The notes beneath the pieces are model-generated. The model searched no databases and had not been told where the DNA came from. It saw only the letters and a program-made list of their open reading frames with translations. A DNA stretch of 18,954 bases. It comes from Candidatus Caldarchaeales archaeon. GTDB taxonomy: Archaea > Thermoproteota > Nitrososphaeria_A > Caldarchaeales > Wolframiiraptoraceae. Both the position numbers and the translations under genes were made by a program. Below are positions 16,585 to 18,954 of this stretch, piece by piece (position 1 is the stretch's first letter; each line of letters begins with the position of its first letter). The stretch is from contig JBCNVN010000028.1 of the NCBI GenBank assembly GCA_039630055.1, positions 1-18,954 on the forward strand, written 5' to 3'.

Positions 16585-16935
16585 ATGGCGTGTTTCATAA
16601 CTCCGATGATACTAGCGATAATCACTACGTTAATTCAGAGAATTTTAGGCAGGTCTGTGAAAAATTTGAAGCTAGACATGTTGAATACGCTACTGTGGGG
16701 TGGTGTAATCTTACTAGCGGTGGAACATGTCTGGCATGGAGAGGTCGTACCGTGGCCTCCATTCCTTACAGCTATGGATAATCCTACGAATATACCTCTA
16801 ATACTGAATGAGTTGGTCGTTGTAGGTGTACCGATGAGTATATCGATAATCACATTATGGGGAGCCATAGTAACCTTTCCGAAAATGATAAAGATGATGA
16901 GTACGAGCCTCCAGATATATAAGCGGGGTCGATAA
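16585..16935 (+). CDS. Uncharacterised 3-TM membrane protein (paralog B; MAC N-terminus, LWG-x7-EHVWH)
   Basis: 116 aa with three hydrophobic segments; strong SD AGGAGG at 16571-16576. Confidence 0.8.
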   Translation: MACFITPMILAIITTLIQRILGRSVKNLKLDMLNTLLWGGVILLAVEHVWHGEVVPWPPFLTAMDNPTNIPLILNELVVVGVPMSISIITLWGAIVTFPKMIKMMSTSLQIYKRGR

Positions 16936-16974
16936 TAAAATAATGAGAGATAGCGAGATATATCGTCAGCTCTA

Positions 16975-17451
16975 TCACAATCTTTTCAAGAGCTTTAATA
17001 TCTTATGATATATCTCCTCTACTATAATGTCAAGCTTATCCTGCAACTCTTCTGATAGTTCTTCAGAAATAGTGTAGACGTCCGAGACTTTTATGCCGAG
17101 GATGTAGAGTTTCTTCGGAGGATTCAGCTCAAGAATCTCCATAATCTTAAATGCTTCAGGTACCCCAATATAATGAGGACTCCAGATCGTGTAGGAACTT
17201 AAACTATCTATATCGAGCTCAACAATCTCTCCAATCTGGTAACCTGATGCTGTAATACTATCAACTATAACTACCTCTTCTCTTCCTTCAAGATAATCGA
17301 CCAAGTTTAAACCAGTCTTATCAGCTATCTCAACATCATATCCAATATTCAGCAGACTTTCTCTAAGCTTCTCTCCAATCATTAGCCCTATCTTATCATC
17401 TTTAAAGAGTGGGTTTCCAATAAAAATTATTAGAGGTTTTTTCTTCTCCAA
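16975..17451 (-). CDS. Hydrogenase maturation endopeptidase (HycI/HybD family)
   Basis: IGNPLFKDD.IG, VVIVDSI, SPH.IG and LS.EL motifs; begins 1 nt downstream of the large-subunit stop. Confidence 0.9.
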   Translation of the reverse strand: MEKKKPLIIFIGNPLFKDDKIGLMIGEKLRESLLNIGYDVEIADKTGLNLVDYLEGREEVVIVDSITASGYQIGEIVELDIDSLSSYTIWSPHYIGVPEAFKIMEILELNPPKKLYILGIKVSDVYTISEELSEELQDKLDIIVEEIYHKILKLLKRL

Positions 17452-17452
17452 T

Positions 17453-18916
17453 TCAAGATAATATATCTATGGTTTTGAGAAGCCGTCCATTATTATCGTA
17501 TAGGTAGATCTTTATAGGGATGGATCCTGGAAGTGAATGGGTTCCGCATGCATGGCATGGGTCGTATGCTCTGAAAGCCATCTCAACCATGTTTAGTATT
17601 CCTTCATCTACCACTCCACCCTTGATCAAGCTTCTAGCAGCCTTATCTATCGATAATGCTATCCTTGCAGCATTATGTTGTGTAGCTACCAGCAGGTTCG
17701 CTTTCTTCACAATCCCTCTCTCATCTGTCTCATAATGGTGTATTAATACCCCTCTAGGTGCTTCTACTACACCGATCCCTACATCTGGGATAGCGGTAGG
17801 CATATTTCTAACATCTCTACTAGCTATATCTGGATCGTTTGCAAGCTCTCTAAACCTCTCTGCAGCGTATATTATCTCGATTACTCTGGCCCAATGATTT
17901 GCTAGGGTATGATGGATAGGTTTGCCTCCGAGAGTCTCATACATTTCTTCATAAGCCTCTTGTGCTCTTGGAGTAGCCATACCATCTGAAGCATTGAGCC
18001 TCGCTAGTGGAGCTACGCTCATAATCCCACTATCTTCTCCATCTATGAACCCTCTCCATCCAATCTTCTTCAAGTATGGGAACTTTATATATGTCCAAGG
18101 TTCTACGTGCTCAGCTATGTAATCTAGGTATTGATGGATATCGAATTTAGCATGCTCAGATCCTTTGGGAGATACAACTCTAATCTTCCCATCGTAGAAG
18201 TTTACCCTGTTCTTATCATCCACCAAACCCATATAATATGTTCTATGAGTATATGCTTCACTAGTTATCAGATCGACGTACTCTCTATTGCTTAAGACGA
18301 TATCTTTAAAGACTTTATAGGTAAATTCCGCAAAATCTACAGCTTCATCCGCTATCTTCTTCGCATTCTCCACCATTTCCCCGCTTAAAGGTCTAGATAT
18401 TCCTCCAGGCAGACCGAAGACTGGATTTATCACCCTTCCAGCGATCGTCTCGATAAGTTTTCTAAGCTTCTTCCGCATACTGATAACCTTTAACCCAACC
18501 TCTTTTCCAACCTTTCCTATCACGCCGATAATGTTCCTCTCTTCTTTAGGAGCTGTCGGACCAACTATAAAGTCTGGACCTCCAAGCACGTAGAAGTGTA
18601 GTGCGTGGTCTTCTAACATGAAGATGTTATAAACCATCTCTCTAATCTTCTTCGCTGGCTCAGGAGGATCTACCTTGTATAGGTCGTCGAGAGCTTTTGT
18701 AGAGGCCATGTGGTGGGCTGTAGGACAGACTCCGCAGATCCTAGAAGTTATCTGAGGCATGTCTTCAGCATGTCTTCCAACTGCAAACTTCTCAAAACCT
18801 CTCAACTCTGGAACTTGAAGATATGCTCTAGAACAGTTTCCCATCTCATCTAAGACTACAACTATCTTTCCATGTCCTTCAAGTCTTGTAATTGGATCTA
18901 TTACTACTTCTCTCAA
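17453..18916 (-). CDS. mvhA: [NiFe]-hydrogenase large subunit, group 3 (MvhA-like, probably 3c)
   Basis: DPITRLEGHG, PELRGFEKF, L1 SRICGVCP.AH, EAPRG.L.HHY and L2 FRAYDPCHACGTH followed by a 27-aa cleavable tail; SD GAGGGGTGA before the TTG. Confidence 0.88.
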   Translation of the reverse strand: MREVVIDPITRLEGHGKIVVVLDEMGNCSRAYLQVPELRGFEKFAVGRHAEDMPQITSRICGVCPTAHHMASTKALDDLYKVDPPEPAKKIREMVYNIFMLEDHALHFYVLGGPDFIVGPTAPKEERNIIGVIGKVGKEVGLKVISMRKKLRKLIETIAGRVINPVFGLPGGISRPLSGEMVENAKKIADEAVDFAEFTYKVFKDIVLSNREYVDLITSEAYTHRTYYMGLVDDKNRVNFYDGKIRVVSPKGSEHAKFDIHQYLDYIAEHVEPWTYIKFPYLKKIGWRGFIDGEDSGIMSVAPLARLNASDGMATPRAQEAYEEMYETLGGKPIHHTLANHWARVIEIIYAAERFRELANDPDIASRDVRNMPTAIPDVGIGVVEAPRGVLIHHYETDERGIVKKANLLVATQHNAARIALSIDKAARSLIKGGVVDEGILNMVEMAFRAYDPCHACGTHSLPGSIPIKIYLYDNNGRLLKTIDILS

Positions 18917-18921
18917 TTATC

Positions 18922-18954
18922 TCACCCCTCAACCATCTTTATCTTTCCACGTAG
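18922..18954 (-). CDS. Probable 3' end of an upstream gene (hydrogenase small subunit, MvhG-like?)
   Basis: An open frame from the window edge reads LRGKIKMVEG-stop and ends 5 nt before mvhA. The identity is inferred only from usual operon order. Confidence 0.35.
   Translation of the reverse strand, partial: LRGKIKMVEG

Noticed and set aside
16222-16868. Alternative ORFs 16222-16527 (+), 16590-16781 (+) and 16635-16868 (-)
   Set aside because: They overlap the two membrane genes, which are favoured by mutual paralogy, promoter geometry and the SD.
1-18954. CRISPR arrays, tRNA/rRNA genes, transposases or integrases
   Set aside because: No periodic repeats, GC-rich structural RNA segments or mobile-element ORFs were seen.

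Overview
AT-rich archaeal chromosomal DNA, most likely from an Aigarchaeota/Caldarchaeales-type TACK archaeon. The taxonomy is inferred from gene content and from resemblance to the Caldiarchaeum ubiquitin operon. In order, the window holds: (1) a truncated PIN/VapC remnant at the left edge; (2) the conserved rpl21e-rpoF-DUF655-ksgA cluster plus rpl10e; (3) a complete eukaryote-like ubiquitin locus (divergent Rpn11/JAMM protease, pro-ubiquitin, E2, E1, small RING E3), followed by two coiled-coil genes and a second E3-like gene, a 4-TM membrane protein with a paralogous C4HC3 RING; (4) a VIT1-like transporter, glyS, a DUF47/PhoU-like gene, endA, egsA, TIP49 and an MBL-fold hydrolase; (5) a nickel/hydrogenase block (NikR, two divergent paralogous 3-TM His-containing proteins, a maturation protease, an MvhA-like [NiFe] large subunit). 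The two best candidates for undescribed biology are the membrane-anchored RING E3 with its coiled-coil neighbours, and the paralogous membrane pair whose shared TATA-like element lies inside a NikR-like operator palindrome. All calls come from motif reading only; no database searches were run.
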